Shown here: piece after piece, positions 22,209-31,600 of the stretch
Position numbering within the stretch: position 1 is the first letter of the stretch
Layout: the number at the start of each line of letters is the position of its first letter
Source: an uncultured Chloroflexia bacterium
GTDB lineage: Bacteria; Chloroflexota; Limnocylindria; Limnocylindrales; CSP1-4
Assembly (NCBI GenBank): GCA_963810285.1
Contig: CAWEMV010000002.1
Span: 2,998,633-3,062,632 of the forward strand
Direction: 5' to 3'
DNA length: 64,000 nucleotides
The notes under the pieces: model-generated
Databases searched by the model: none
The model's input: only the letters and a program-made list of their open reading frames with translations
Told to the model about the DNA's origin: nothing
Position numbers and translations under genes: made by a program

Positions 22209-23460
22209 CGTCGTTCCAGGTCCCCTTGTCGATGGTCTCGCGCGAGATCGAGAGAAGGATCCCGATCGCGGCGAAGCTGATGATGAGTGACGATCCGCCG
22301 GCGCTGATGAACGGCAGCGTGATGCCGGTGATCGGCACGAGGGTCACCACGACCCCGATGTTGATGAACGCCTGGATGCACAGCCAGGCCGTGATGCCGG
22401 CCGCCAGGAGTGCCCCGAACGTGTCGGGCGCGCCGAGGGCCACACGGATGCCAGCGTAGGCCAGGAGCAGGAAGAGCGCGATGACGACCCCCGCCCCGAC
22501 GAGGCCGAACTCCTCGCCGATGATCGCGAAGATGAAGTCATTGAAGGCGTTCGGGACGAACAGCCCGCCCGCCATCCGGCTCTCGCCCAGCCCGGACCCG
22601 AGGATCCCGCCGAGGCCCAGGGCGAGCAGGCCCTGGATCGTGTGGTAGCCGATCGTGTCGTCGTACAGCCACGGGTTCAGCCAGGCCCGGATCCGGTCCA
22701 CCTGGTAGCCGGCGAGGCCGACCACGATCGCGCCGAGACCGGCCAGCCCGACCATCGACCCGAGGTGGAACGTGTTCGCCCCGGCGACGAACCACATCGT
22801 GAACGCGGTCAGCGTGATGACGATCGTCGTCCCGAGGTCAGGCTCCCGGAAGACCAGCGCGATGATCGGCCCGGCGATCAGCAGGAACGGGATCGTGCCG
22901 CGCCAGAACGTGCCCACCTTCGTCCCGCGCTTGGCGAACCAGTGGGCGAGATACACGACGAGCGCCAGCTTGGCCAGCTCGGCCGGGTGGATGGCGGGCA
23001 GCGGCCCGAGCCGCAGCCAGCGCGCCGAGCCGCCGACCACGATGTTGAACTCGTCGACGAACACGAGCACGAGCAGGGCGAGCGCGACGACGTAACCGGG
23101 GATCGACACGAGCCGCAGATAGCGGTAGTCGAGGCGCATCATCGCGACCATCGCGACGAGGCCGAGCAGGGCCCACTGGATCTGCGGTCCGACGGTCTGG
23201 AACGTGTCCGCCTCGGCCGACAGGTAGCCCTTCATGGCCGACGACGAGTAGACCATCAGGATGCCGATCGCGGCGAGCGCGACCACCACGACGAGGATCG
23301 CGTAATCCGGCGCGTGCCGCTCGCGCTGGAGCGCCTGTGTCAGGTCCCTGGTCGGCGTCCGGTTGGCCGTCCGGCGCGTCTCCTTGGCTCGTTCGCGTTC
23401 GCGGGCCTCCGGGTCGGCAGCCGGTCGCCCGAACCGCGGGATCGGCGGGGCGAGGTTCAT
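22114..23460 (-). CDS. ftsW: peptidoglycan glycosyltransferase FtsW (SEDS family)
   Basis: Forms the 3' part of ORF 22114..24753. The start is at an ATG overlapping the murD stop: MNLAPPIPRF.... Ten TM segments; SEDS motifs PAELAKL and GITLPFISAGGSS. Confidence 0.9.
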   Translation of the reverse strand: MNLAPPIPRFGRPAADPEARERERAKETRRTANRTPTRDLTQALQRERHAPDYAILVVVVALAAIGILMVYSSSAMKGYLSAEADTFQTVGPQIQWALLGLVAMVAMMRLDYRYLRLVSIPGYVVALALLVLVFVDEFNIVVGGSARWLRLGPLPAIHPAELAKLALVVYLAHWFAKRGTKVGTFWRGTIPFLLIAGPIIALVFREPDLGTTIVITLTAFTMWFVAGANTFHLGSMVGLAGLGAIVVGLAGYQVDRIRAWLNPWLYDDTIGYHTIQGLLALGLGGILGSGLGESRMAGGLFVPNAFNDFIFAIIGEEFGLVGAGVVIALFLLLAYAGIRVALGAPDTFGALLAAGITAWLCIQAFINIGVVVTLVPITGITLPFISAGGSSLIISFAAIGILLSISRETIDKGTWNDDATADRRGRNGRTHLPGAGRRPLAARSTGRR

Positions 23461-25019
23461 CGATCCCTCCTGGCTCTCGACGCGACGAGGTCGGCGACCG
23501 CGTCCTTGAAGGCCCGGCCGCGGGCGGCGTAGTCGGGGAACATGTCGAAGCTCGCGGCCGCCGGGCTGAGCAGGACCGTCGCCGGCCCGGGCCCCGTGCC
23601 GCCGGCCGCCAGGGCATCGCGCGCCAGTGCGTCGGCCCGGACCACCGCGTCGCCGAGCGACGCGGCGAGCTCGGCATGGGCGATGCCCGCCTCGCGGAAG
23701 CGGCGTTCGAGCTCCGGCCCGCTCTCGCCGATGAGCACGGCTGCGACGGCCCGCTCGGCGGCGACCGGGCCGAGTGCCGACAGGTCGATGCCCTTGTCCC
23801 GCCCGCCGGCGATGAGGACGACCGGCGCGTCGAAGGCATGCAGCGCGGCGATGACCGCGTCGGGCTGGGTGCCCTGCGAGTCGTTGACGAAGCGCACGCC
23901 GTCGACGAGGGCGACCGGCTCCAGGCGATGCTCGACCCCGGTGAACGCGGCCGCCGCCTCGCGGATCGCCGCCGGCGCGATCCCGAAGACCAGGCCCGCC
24001 GCGATCGCCGCCAGCGCGTTCGACACGTTGTGGGCGCCCGGGATGCCGAGCTCGGCGACCGGCATGATCCGTCCGTCCGGGCCGGTCGACGACCCGCCAC
24101 CCGCGAGCGCCAGGCGCTCGACGCCGTCCGCGACGATCCAGCCATCGACGACCCCGATACCACCTGCCGGCGGGACGTCGCGCCGGTAGCGGACCACCGG
24201 CGCCGTGCCCAGGTCGGCGTAGCCGGCCACGACCGGATCCTCGGCGTTGAGCACCAGCGCGCCGGCCGGATCGACTCGCTCGGCGAGGAGGCGCTTGACC
24301 CGCCGGTACGCGTCGAGGCTCCCGTGCCGGTCCAGGTGGTCGCTCGTGACGTTCGTGTAGACCGCCACCGTCGTGCCCCGCGACAGCGTCGGCAGCTGGA
24401 GCTCCGAGAGCTCGTACACGACCCGGTGATCGGGTGTCAGGTCGGCCAGCCGCTCGAGGATCGGCACGCCGATGTTGCCGCCGAGGACCGCGGGATGGGC
24501 CGGGTCGGCGGCGAGGATCGCGGCCGTCAGGGAGGCCGTCGTGGTCTTGCCCTTGGTGCCGGTCACGCCGATCGTCGGGGCCATGCACAGGCGCAGGAAG
24601 AGGTCGGGCTCGGACACGAGCGCCGGCGCCGTCCGGTCGCCGGCGCCTCGCGTCTCGACAAGCGCGCGGAGGGCCGAGCGGAGGCGCGGCTCGGTCGTCG
24701 GGTAGTCCGGGTTCACCGACGGCGAGGTCGTGACCAGCACGGCGTCGGCCCACGAGGCCGCCGGATCGACGTCGGGGCCGAGAGCGAGCGTGACCGGCCG
24801 GCCCTCGAGCGCCGCGATCGATCCGCCGAGCTCCTCGGCCGGGCGCCCGTCGTAGACGGTGACCCGTGCGCCGGCGTCGGCCAGGAAGCGGGCGAGCGCG
24901 ATGCCGCTCCGGGCGAACCCGAGCACCGTCACCGGCGCTCCGTCGAGCAGCCCGGCGCGGATCGCCTCGAGCGTCAGCGCGTCCGGGTCGATCGCGACCG
25001 GTCGGGTCATCGCCATCAC
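23457..25019 (-). CDS. murD: UDP-N-acetylmuramoylalanine--D-glutamate ligase
   Basis: 520 aa. GVTGTKGKTTT P-loop and a C-terminal NDSQGTQPDA motif typical of MurD. Confidence 0.92.
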   Translation of the reverse strand: MMAMTRPVAIDPDALTLEAIRAGLLDGAPVTVLGFARSGIALARFLADAGARVTVYDGRPAEELGGSIAALEGRPVTLALGPDVDPAASWADAVLVTTSPSVNPDYPTTEPRLRSALRALVETRGAGDRTAPALVSEPDLFLRLCMAPTIGVTGTKGKTTTASLTAAILAADPAHPAVLGGNIGVPILERLADLTPDHRVVYELSELQLPTLSRGTTVAVYTNVTSDHLDRHGSLDAYRRVKRLLAERVDPAGALVLNAEDPVVAGYADLGTAPVVRYRRDVPPAGGIGVVDGWIVADGVERLALAGGGSSTGPDGRIMPVAELGIPGAHNVSNALAAIAAGLVFGIAPAAIREAAAAFTGVEHRLEPVALVDGVRFVNDSQGTQPDAVIAALHAFDAPVVLIAGGRDKGIDLSALGPVAAERAVAAVLIGESGPELERRFREAGIAHAELAASLGDAVVRADALARDALAAGGTGPGPATVLLSPAAASFDMFPDYAARGRAFKDAVADLVASRARRDR

Positions 25020-25021
25020 GC

Positions 25022-26002
25022 TCAGATGACCCGGCCAGGCTGGGTGGCCAGGAACAGCGTCACGCCCAGGAGCGCGGCCAGGATCGCGACGATCCAGAAG
25101 CGGATCGTGATCTTCTCCTCGTCCCAGCCACCAAGCTCGAAGTGGTGGTGGATCGGACTCATCCGGAACAGCCGCTGCCCGCCCGTGAGCCGGAAGTAGC
25201 CGACCTGGAGGATCACCGACACCGTCTCGACGACGAAGATGATGCCGATCAGCGGCAGCACGAGGATCTGGCCGGTGATCAGCGCGGTGACGGCCAGCGT
25301 CGCGCCCAGCGACAGCGCTCCGGAGTCACCGATGAAGATCTGGGCCGGGTGGACGTTGAACCACAGGAAGCCGAGCAGCGAGCCGATGATCAGCGAGCAC
25401 AGCAGCGCGAGGTTCGGCTGGGCCGGCGTGTTGAGCAGCGCGATCAGCATGTAGGCCACGAAGGCGATCGCCACGGTCCCGCCCGACAGGCCGTCGAGCC
25501 CGTCGGTGATGTTGACCCCGTTGGAGGCGGCGATGATGGCGAACGCCCCGAACAGCACGTACAACCACGGCTCGATGGCGACCGGCCCGACGAACGGGAC
25601 CGCGATCGCGGTGATCGCGTACGTCTGCTGGATCTGCCACGCGGCGACGAACGCCACGACCGTCAGCCAGATCAGCTTCTGCCGGGCCCGGATCCCCTCC
25701 CCGGTCCGCGCGTTCAGGTAGTCGTCGAACGCCCCGAGCGCGCCGACCCCGGCCAGCGCCGCGAGCGGCGCGAACGTCGCGGCATCGGGCTGGCGCAGGA
25801 AGAAGAAGATGCCGAGCACCACGGCGACGATGAGCAACCCGCCCATGGTCGGCGTGCCCTCCTTGAGGAAGTGGCTCTCGGGCCCCTCCTGCCGGATGCG
25901 CTTGCCGAACCCGAGCGACTGCAGGAGTCGGATATAGGGCGGCATCAGGATGACGACCAGCGCGAACGCCAGCAGCAGGCCCTGGATCAGCTCGACCGTC
26001 AT
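25022..26002 (-). CDS. mraY: phospho-N-acetylmuramoyl-pentapeptide transferase
   Basis: 326 aa. NGVNITDGLDGL and SPIHHHFE motifs. Confidence 0.94.
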   Translation of the reverse strand: MTVELIQGLLLAFALVVILMPPYIRLLQSLGFGKRIRQEGPESHFLKEGTPTMGGLLIVAVVLGIFFFLRQPDAATFAPLAALAGVGALGAFDDYLNARTGEGIRARQKLIWLTVVAFVAAWQIQQTYAITAIAVPFVGPVAIEPWLYVLFGAFAIIAASNGVNITDGLDGLSGGTVAIAFVAYMLIALLNTPAQPNLALLCSLIIGSLLGFLWFNVHPAQIFIGDSGALSLGATLAVTALITGQILVLPLIGIIFVVETVSVILQVGYFRLTGGQRLFRMSPIHHHFELGGWDEEKITIRFWIVAILAALLGVTLFLATQPGRVI

Positions 26003-27459
26003 CGGGCGGCCTCCCCGAGCTCGAGCCGGAGCCCGTCGACGAGCCGGTCGAGGGCGATGCCGCGCGACGCCTTGACCAGCACGACGTCGCCGTCGCGCAG
26101 CCTCGGCCGCAAGGCGTCGAGCGCTGCCTCGGCATCCGGCACGTGGTGGATGCGGCCAGTGTCGAGCCCGGCCTCGACCGCCCCGTCGACGATGCCCCGA
26201 GCGTCGGCCCCGACGACGATCAGCAGCTCGACGACCAGGCCGGCCGCCGCGCCGACGTCGTGATGCCCGGTCTCATGGGCGTCGCCGAGCTCGAGCATCT
26301 CGCCGAGCACCGCGACCCGTCGGCCCGGCAACCCCGCCAGCAGGTCGAGCGCCGCGGTCACCGAGCCGGGCGAGGCGTTGTAGCTGTCGTCGACGACCGT
26401 CAGGCCGCGCAGCCGGACGAGCTCGACCCGGTGCGGGGCGGCCCAGCCGCCCTCGAGGGCGCCGGCGATCGTGTCGAGGTCGAGCCCGGCGGCCAGCCCG
26501 ACCGTCGCGCCGGCCGCTGCGTTGTGGACCGACAGCGGACCCAGCGTCGGGATGGCCAGCTCGCGTTCCCCTGCGGGCGTGTGCAGCCGGAAGCGCATGC
26601 CCGCGGTCCCGGCCGACCGGACGTCGAGCGCCCGCACGTCGGCGGTGTCGCCGAACCCGTAGCGCATCGCCCGGGCGACCGTGCGCCGGTGCATGCCGGT
26701 GACGATCGGGTCGTCGGCGTTCAGCACCGCGGTCCCGTCGGCCGGTAGCGATTCGAGCAGCTCGCCCTTGGCCTGCTCGACCGCCTCGAGCGACCCGATG
26801 CGCGACAGGTGGACGGGCTGGACGGCGGTCACGACGCCGATCGACGGACGCGCCATCGCGGCGAGGTCGGCGATCTCACCCGACACGTACATGCCCATCT
26901 CGAGCACCGCTGCCTCGTGCTCCGGGCCGAGGCGCAGGAGTGTCAGCGGCAGCCCGATCTCGTTGTTCTGGTTGCCCTCGCTCCGGAGCGTCCGCCGGGC
27001 GGCACCGAGGACCGTGGCGACCGCCTCCTTCGTCGACGTCTTGGCGATGCTGCCGGTGATGCCGACGACCAGCGGGTCGAACCGGCGGCGCCAGCCGGAC
27101 GCCACCGCGCCGAGGGCCGTCAGCGCATCGGCGACGCGCACGATCGACACGTCGCCGAACCCCCCGGGGTCGTCCACTCCGCGGGTCACGAGCAGGGCCG
27201 CCGCGCCACGCTCGACTGCCTCGGGCAGGTGCAGGTGGCCGTCCGAGCGCTCCCCGGGCAGCGCCACGAACAGCTGCCCCGGACGGACGAGGCGCGAGTC
27301 GACGGCGGCGCCACGGATGGGTCGATCAGACCGGGCCAGCAGCCGGCCGCCCGTCAGGCGGAGGAGATCGTCGGCCGAGAGCGTCGGCGCGTCCGGTGGC
27401 GTCGGGGCCGACGGGTCGGCGTCGCTCACGATGGCCAGTGTCGCACGGGGCCCGCTCAC
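25999..27459 (-). CDS. murF: UDP-MurNAc-tripeptide--D-alanyl-D-alanine ligase
   Basis: Forms the 3' part of ORF 25999..28113. The start is a GTG overlapping the ftsI stop (GTGA): VSGPRATLAIVSDADP.... MurF motifs ITGSIAKTSTKE and SEGNQNNEIGLPLTLL. Confidence 0.88.
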   Translation of the reverse strand: MSGPRATLAIVSDADPSAPTPPDAPTLSADDLLRLTGGRLLARSDRPIRGAAVDSRLVRPGQLFVALPGERSDGHLHLPEAVERGAAALLVTRGVDDPGGFGDVSIVRVADALTALGAVASGWRRRFDPLVVGITGSIAKTSTKEAVATVLGAARRTLRSEGNQNNEIGLPLTLLRLGPEHEAAVLEMGMYVSGEIADLAAMARPSIGVVTAVQPVHLSRIGSLEAVEQAKGELLESLPADGTAVLNADDPIVTGMHRRTVARAMRYGFGDTADVRALDVRSAGTAGMRFRLHTPAGERELAIPTLGPLSVHNAAAGATVGLAAGLDLDTIAGALEGGWAAPHRVELVRLRGLTVVDDSYNASPGSVTAALDLLAGLPGRRVAVLGEMLELGDAHETGHHDVGAAAGLVVELLIVVGADARGIVDGAVEAGLDTGRIHHVPDAEAALDALRPRLRDGDVVLVKASRGIALDRLVDGLRLELGEAAR

Positions 27460-29342
27460 CGATCCGTCACGGGGACGGGCTCCGCGACGACCCGATCGTC
27501 GAGCAGGTCGGGCGTGGTGATCGCGTCGGTCGCGATGCGTCGGAACAGCTCGAAGGACATCACCGGCATCTCCAGTCGGCCGAGGCGCGGCAGTCGCGGA
27601 CGGCCTTCCTCGATCCGGACCGCGACGACGAGATCGGGCGTGCCCGCCTCTCGGCTGATGTATCCGACGAACGAGAAGTTGAAGAGGTTGTGCTTCCAGG
27701 CCTTCTTCTTCGCGTCCCAGATCTGGGCAGTCCCGGTCTTGCCGCCCACGTGGTAGCCCGGCACCTGGGTCCGGTCGCGGTAGAAGGGCACCTCCTCGAT
27801 GACGTGATCCATCATCCGCAGGAGGGTTCGCGAGATCTTCTTCGGCACGACGCGCCCGCGCGGGGGCACCGTCACGTCCCTCGACCCGACCCCGGTCACG
27901 ACGTGCGGCTGGACCAGCGTCCCGCCGTTGGCCAGCGCGGCGAACGCGGTCGCGAGCTGGATCGGCGTCACCGCGACGCCTTGGCCGAACGCGCCGTTGG
28001 CGAGGTCGATCTCGCTCCACTTCGAGACGGCCGGGTCGCGGACGTACGCCTCCCCTGCGGTCTCGCCCGCGACGTCGATGCCGGTCGCCTGCCCGAACCC
28101 CAGCTTGCGCCACGTGTCGTAGAGCATCGTCGCCGACTGCGTGGTCGTCCCACCGAGCCCGAGGGCGACCTTCGCCGCCACGACGTTGCGCGAGTAGGCG
28201 ATGCCGTCCTCGAACGTGATCCAGCCCATGCCCTTGTGGTCGGCGTTGTCGATCTTCGACTTGCCGCCGTCGAGGCGCAGCGTGCCGACGTCCTTGATGC
28301 GCGTCGTCCGGCTGACCGTGCCGGCCTGGAGCGCGCTGACCGCGGTCATCATCTTGAAGACCGAGCCGGGTTCGTAGACGTTCGACACGACCGGATCGAT
28401 GAACCGGTTCGGCGCCGTCTTGGCGATCGTGCGGTAGTCGTTCGCGTCGTACGACGGGTAGGTCGCCTCGGCGTACACCGCGCCCGTGTAGGGGTCCATG
28501 ACGACCGCCGACACGCTCTTCGCCTCATCCGAGATCCAGGCGGCGAGCAGCTCCTGCTCCAGGGCGAGCTGGAGACCGGCGTCGATGGTCAGCCGGACGT
28601 CCTCGCCGATCGTGCCGGGCGCCTCGACCACCGACGTCTCGGGCATCGGTCGGCCGTTCACGTCGCGCTGGGCGACCATGACCCGCGGCGACCCGGCGAG
28701 CGCATCCTGATACGACTGTTCGACGCCGTACTGGCCGGTGTTCTCGCGATTGACGAAACCGAGCAGGTGGGCCGCGAGGGTCGACTCGGGACCACCGCCG
28801 GCTTGAGGGTAGACGCGCTCGGGCTCGGCTTCGAGGTCGACGTGGGCGACGCGCTTGTCACGCATCGCGAGGCGGATCCGCTCGGCGACCGACGGCTCGA
28901 TGCCGCGGGCGATGACGACGTACGGCCGCTTCGACGCCAGCCGTTCGCGGAGCGTGGCCGCAGCTGGGGCATCGAGCTTGAGCAGGCGGACGAGCTCGTC
29001 GCCGGTCCGCCGCTGCATCGACGGATCGCGGGCGAGCTGGTCGGCGGCCGCGATCAGCCGGTCGCGATCGATGGTGGTCGCCAGCAGGATCGTGCCGGTC
29101 CGGTCATAGATGTCCCCGCGTCGACCGGCGACCTCGATGCGGACGGTCGTCTGCTCCGCGGCCTCCGCCCGCAGCATGTCGACGTTCAGGACCTGCCAGT
29201 AGGCGGTCCGTGCGAACAGCGCCATCGACCCGACGGCGAACGCCGTCAACAGCACCAGCAGGCGGCGGCGGGAATCGGTGCGACCCAGCATCGCTCGCAG
29301 GCTCGTGCGATCAGCGCGCCGGGAGCATGACGGTCCCGCCAA
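27456..29342 (-). CDS. ftsI: penicillin-binding protein (FtsI-type class B PBP)
   Basis: 628 aa with N-TM, a dimerisation domain and transpeptidase motifs (SVFKMM, SRN, KTGT). The start could instead be the internal Met at 29291. Confidence 0.9.
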   Translation of the reverse strand: MAGPSCSRRADRTSLRAMLGRTDSRRRLLVLLTAFAVGSMALFARTAYWQVLNVDMLRAEAAEQTTVRIEVAGRRGDIYDRTGTILLATTIDRDRLIAAADQLARDPSMQRRTGDELVRLLKLDAPAAATLRERLASKRPYVVIARGIEPSVAERIRLAMRDKRVAHVDLEAEPERVYPQAGGGPESTLAAHLLGFVNRENTGQYGVEQSYQDALAGSPRVMVAQRDVNGRPMPETSVVEAPGTIGEDVRLTIDAGLQLALEQELLAAWISDEAKSVSAVVMDPYTGAVYAEATYPSYDANDYRTIAKTAPNRFIDPVVSNVYEPGSVFKMMTAVSALQAGTVSRTTRIKDVGTLRLDGGKSKIDNADHKGMGWITFEDGIAYSRNVVAAKVALGLGGTTTQSATMLYDTWRKLGFGQATGIDVAGETAGEAYVRDPAVSKWSEIDLANGAFGQGVAVTPIQLATAFAALANGGTLVQPHVVTGVGSRDVTVPPRGRVVPKKISRTLLRMMDHVIEEVPFYRDRTQVPGYHVGGKTGTAQIWDAKKKAWKHNLFNFSFVGYISREAGTPDLVVAVRIEEGRPRLPRLGRLEMPVMSFELFRRIATDAITTPDLLDDRVVAEPVPVTDR

Positions 29343-29694
29343 GCTGCCCGAGACCCGCGTCGATCGCCAGCTTGCGGACCGCCGGCTCGCGCCCGAGGCG
29401 GCTGATGTCCGAGGTGATCTCCTGGAGGCGGGCGTCGAGCCGCTCGCGCTCGACCTGGAGGCGGCCGATGTCGTAGCTCGTGGCCGACACGCGGACCTCC
29501 TGGGCCAGCGAGAAGAACGCCAGCATGAATGCGACGACGATCACGCCCAGGAAGAGCCCCGGACGCGTCGTCGCGGTCCGGCGCGCGCGGACCGCCGAGC
29601 GCGCCCGCCGGCGAGGCAGGGCCGGTGACGCGACCACCCGTGGCCTGCGCGGCAGCCCGATCGTGCGCGGGCGTGCGCCCTCATAGACGGCCAT
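29311..29694 (-). CDS. ftsL: cell division protein FtsL (septum formation initiator)
   Basis: 127 aa with a basic N-tail and a single TM segment. A coiled-coil region (RLQVERERLDARLQEITSDISRL) follows. Position between rsmH and ftsI. Confidence 0.75.
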   Translation of the reverse strand: MAVYEGARPRTIGLPRRPRVVASPALPRRRARSAVRARRTATTRPGLFLGVIVVAFMLAFFSLAQEVRVSATSYDIGRLQVERERLDARLQEITSDISRLGREPAVRKLAIDAGLGQLGGTVMLPAR

Positions 29695-29697
29695 CCG

Positions 29698-29895
29698 TCA
29701 GTCGCCCGACGCGAAGCGGAACCGCGGCGAGCGCGGGTCCAGGAAGGCGAGCGGATCGGCCGGCGCGCCCGAGCCCCACTCCTCGAGGTCGAAGGCGGAG
29801 GCCTCCGCGTGCTGGGTGCGCTCGTGTCGTTCGCGCACCTCGTGCTGCCGACGGCCGTAGGACTTCCTCCGGGTGCTGTGACGCCGCTTGCTCAT
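29698..29895 (-). CDS. small highly basic hypothetical protein (65 aa) between rsmH and ftsL
   Basis: ATG preceded by GGAAGGAGGAG 5 nt upstream. MSKRRHSTRRKSYGRRQHEVRERHERTQHAEAS..., no TM segment. Tightly packed in the operon, 33 nt after rsmH and 3 nt before ftsL. Confidence 0.55.
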   Translation of the reverse strand: MSKRRHSTRRKSYGRRQHEVRERHERTQHAEASAFDLEEWGSGAPADPLAFLDPRSPRFRFASGD

Positions 29896-29928
29896 GGGGG
29901 CTCCTCCTTCCGTTTCGATCGGCTCGCG

Positions 29929-30876
29929 CTAGGCGGCAAGGCGCTCGGCGGCCCGCAGACGGGCGCTCCGGGCGCGTGGGTTGGCCTCGACCTCGGCCGC
30001 CGTCGGGGTGACGGAACGGCGCGTCAGGAGTCGGAGGCGGGGATTCCGGCCGCAGACGCAGACCGGGAGCTCGGGCGGACAGACACAGCCCCGCCGCTCG
30101 GCGGCGAGGAAGTGCTTGACGATGCGGTCCTCGAGGGAGTGGTAGCTGAGGACGACGAGGCGACCGCCGGGACGGAGCAGGTCGACCGCGGCCGCGAGGC
30201 CGTGCTCGAGCGCATCGAGCTCTTCGTTGACCGCGATCCGGAGCGCCTGGAACACCCGCGTCGCGGGGTGGGTACGGCGCGGCTTGCGGGGGTTCGGGGG
30301 CGACACCCGCTCGACCAATGCGGCCAGGTCCTCGGCCGTACCGATCGGGGTCGCGCGCCGGGCAGCGACGATCTCACGGGCGATTCGACCGGCCTTCGGC
30401 TCCTCGCCGTAGCGCCGGAACAGTGCGGTGAGCTCGGCGGCGTCGAGCGTCGCGAGAAGCTCGGATGCCGGGACGCCTCGCGACGTGTCGAAGCGCATGT
30501 CGAGCGGGCCACCGGCCCGGAACCCGAAGCCACGCTCGCGGTCGGCCAGCTGGTAGCTCGAGAGGCCGAGGTCGAACAGCGTGCCGTCGACGGCCTTGAA
30601 GCCCGCCTCGCGCGCGACATCGGCGAGGTCGCGGAAGTTCGACCGGCGCAGGACCAGGCGGTCCCCGAATCGGGGGTGGAGGCGACCGTCCACTCTGGCG
30701 ATGGCCGCCCCATCGGCGTCGAGACCGAGGAGGCGGCCATCAGGGTCGGTCGCCTCCAGGATCCGCTCGGTGTGCCCACCGCCGCCGAGGGTGGCATCGA
30801 TCTGGAGGCTCCCCGGCGCAGGCGCGAGCATCGACATGACCTCCTCTGCCAGCACCGGGATGTGCCCTGCCTCCAT
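29929..30876 (-). CDS. rsmH: 16S rRNA (cytosine1402-N4)-methyltransferase
   Basis: The start is at internal Met MEAGHIPVLAEEV with a GGAGGAG RBS. Motifs DATLGGGGH and FDLGLSS. Confidence 0.92.
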   Translation of the reverse strand: MEAGHIPVLAEEVMSMLAPAPGSLQIDATLGGGGHTERILEATDPDGRLLGLDADGAAIARVDGRLHPRFGDRLVLRRSNFRDLADVAREAGFKAVDGTLFDLGLSSYQLADRERGFGFRAGGPLDMRFDTSRGVPASELLATLDAAELTALFRRYGEEPKAGRIAREIVAARRATPIGTAEDLAALVERVSPPNPRKPRRTHPATRVFQALRIAVNEELDALEHGLAAAVDLLRPGGRLVVLSYHSLEDRIVKHFLAAERRGCVCPPELPVCVCGRNPRLRLLTRRSVTPTAAEVEANPRARSARLRAAERLAA

Positions 30877-30937
30877 CTCTCCTCCACTCCTCGTCGATCG
30901 GATCCCGAGCGGACCCTGGAAGCGCATGTGGTGTGAG

Positions 30938-31366
30938 CTAGATCCCGAGGCCCTGGAAGGCCTCGGCCAGCTCGTCGGTGTCCTCGAGGCCCTGGGCGTA
31001 CGTCGCCCACGTGGCCGGGACCCAGATCTCCGCGTGGTCGCGCGAGCCGACGACCACGGCCTCGTTGCCGAGGTCGATCTGCTCACGCAGGAAGGCCGGC
31101 AGCAGGATCCGGCCCTGCCGGTCGAGCTCGACCTCCGCAGCTCTCGCGAAGATCAGCCGCTGGAAGCGGCGCGCGTTCCCGTCGGTGATGGGCAGCGCCG
31201 CGACCTTCGCGGCGAGGCTGTCCCATCCCTCCTGGGTATGGATGGCCAGACAGGCGTCGAGCCAGCGCGACACGACCGCGCCAGCGCCGAGCTGGACGCG
31301 GAACTTCGCGGGGACGGCGATCCGTCCCTTGTCGTCCACCGTGTGCCGGTACTCGCCGGTGAACAC
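30938..31366 (-). CDS. mraZ: division/cell wall cluster transcriptional regulator MraZ
   Basis: 142 aa. MFTGEYRHTVDDKGRIAVPAKFR, with two DXXXR-containing MraZ repeats. Confidence 0.93.
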   Translation of the reverse strand: MFTGEYRHTVDDKGRIAVPAKFRVQLGAGAVVSRWLDACLAIHTQEGWDSLAAKVAALPITDGNARRFQRLIFARAAEVELDRQGRILLPAFLREQIDLGNEAVVVGSRDHAEIWVPATWATYAQGLEDTDELAEAFQGLGI

Positions 31367-31446
31367 CGGAGGGGGCTCCTCGGACTGTCTGGGCCTGGTC
31401 CGTCGGGTTCAGGGGTGGCCGGCCGCCGTGTGTCTGGCCGGCATTC

Positions 31447-31474
31447 CCCACTTCCCACCACTTTGGACCACTTC
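31447..31474 (-). promoter_or_regulatory. three direct AAGTGG repeats at exact 10-bp spacing: putative MraZ operator
   Basis: The plus strand has CCACTT at about 31448, 31458 and 31468. On the mraZ strand this reads GAAGTGGtccAAAGTGGtggGAAGTGGgg, about 80-110 bp upstream of the mraZ start. Confidence 0.6.
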
Positions 31475-31600
31475 AGTGCATCCTAGGCCCTGATTCCGGC
31501 CGCGTCAATGCGCGATCGCACACATGACGTGGAGTTCGTGCGGGCGCACGGACCGCTCGGCCGCGAGAGACCCGCCCCTGCGGTGGCGGGGACGCGGGCG

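Noticed and set aside
22114-24753. 879-aa ORF looking like an FtsW-MurD fusion; similar giant ORFs at 25999..28113, 20092..21846, 36668..38569 and 54839..56743
   Set aside because: These are read-through artefacts of high GC, with no stops in the upstream overlapping frame. Each real gene starts at an internal ATG/GTG that overlaps the stop of the preceding gene (ATGA or GTGA junctions) and has the proper family N-terminus.
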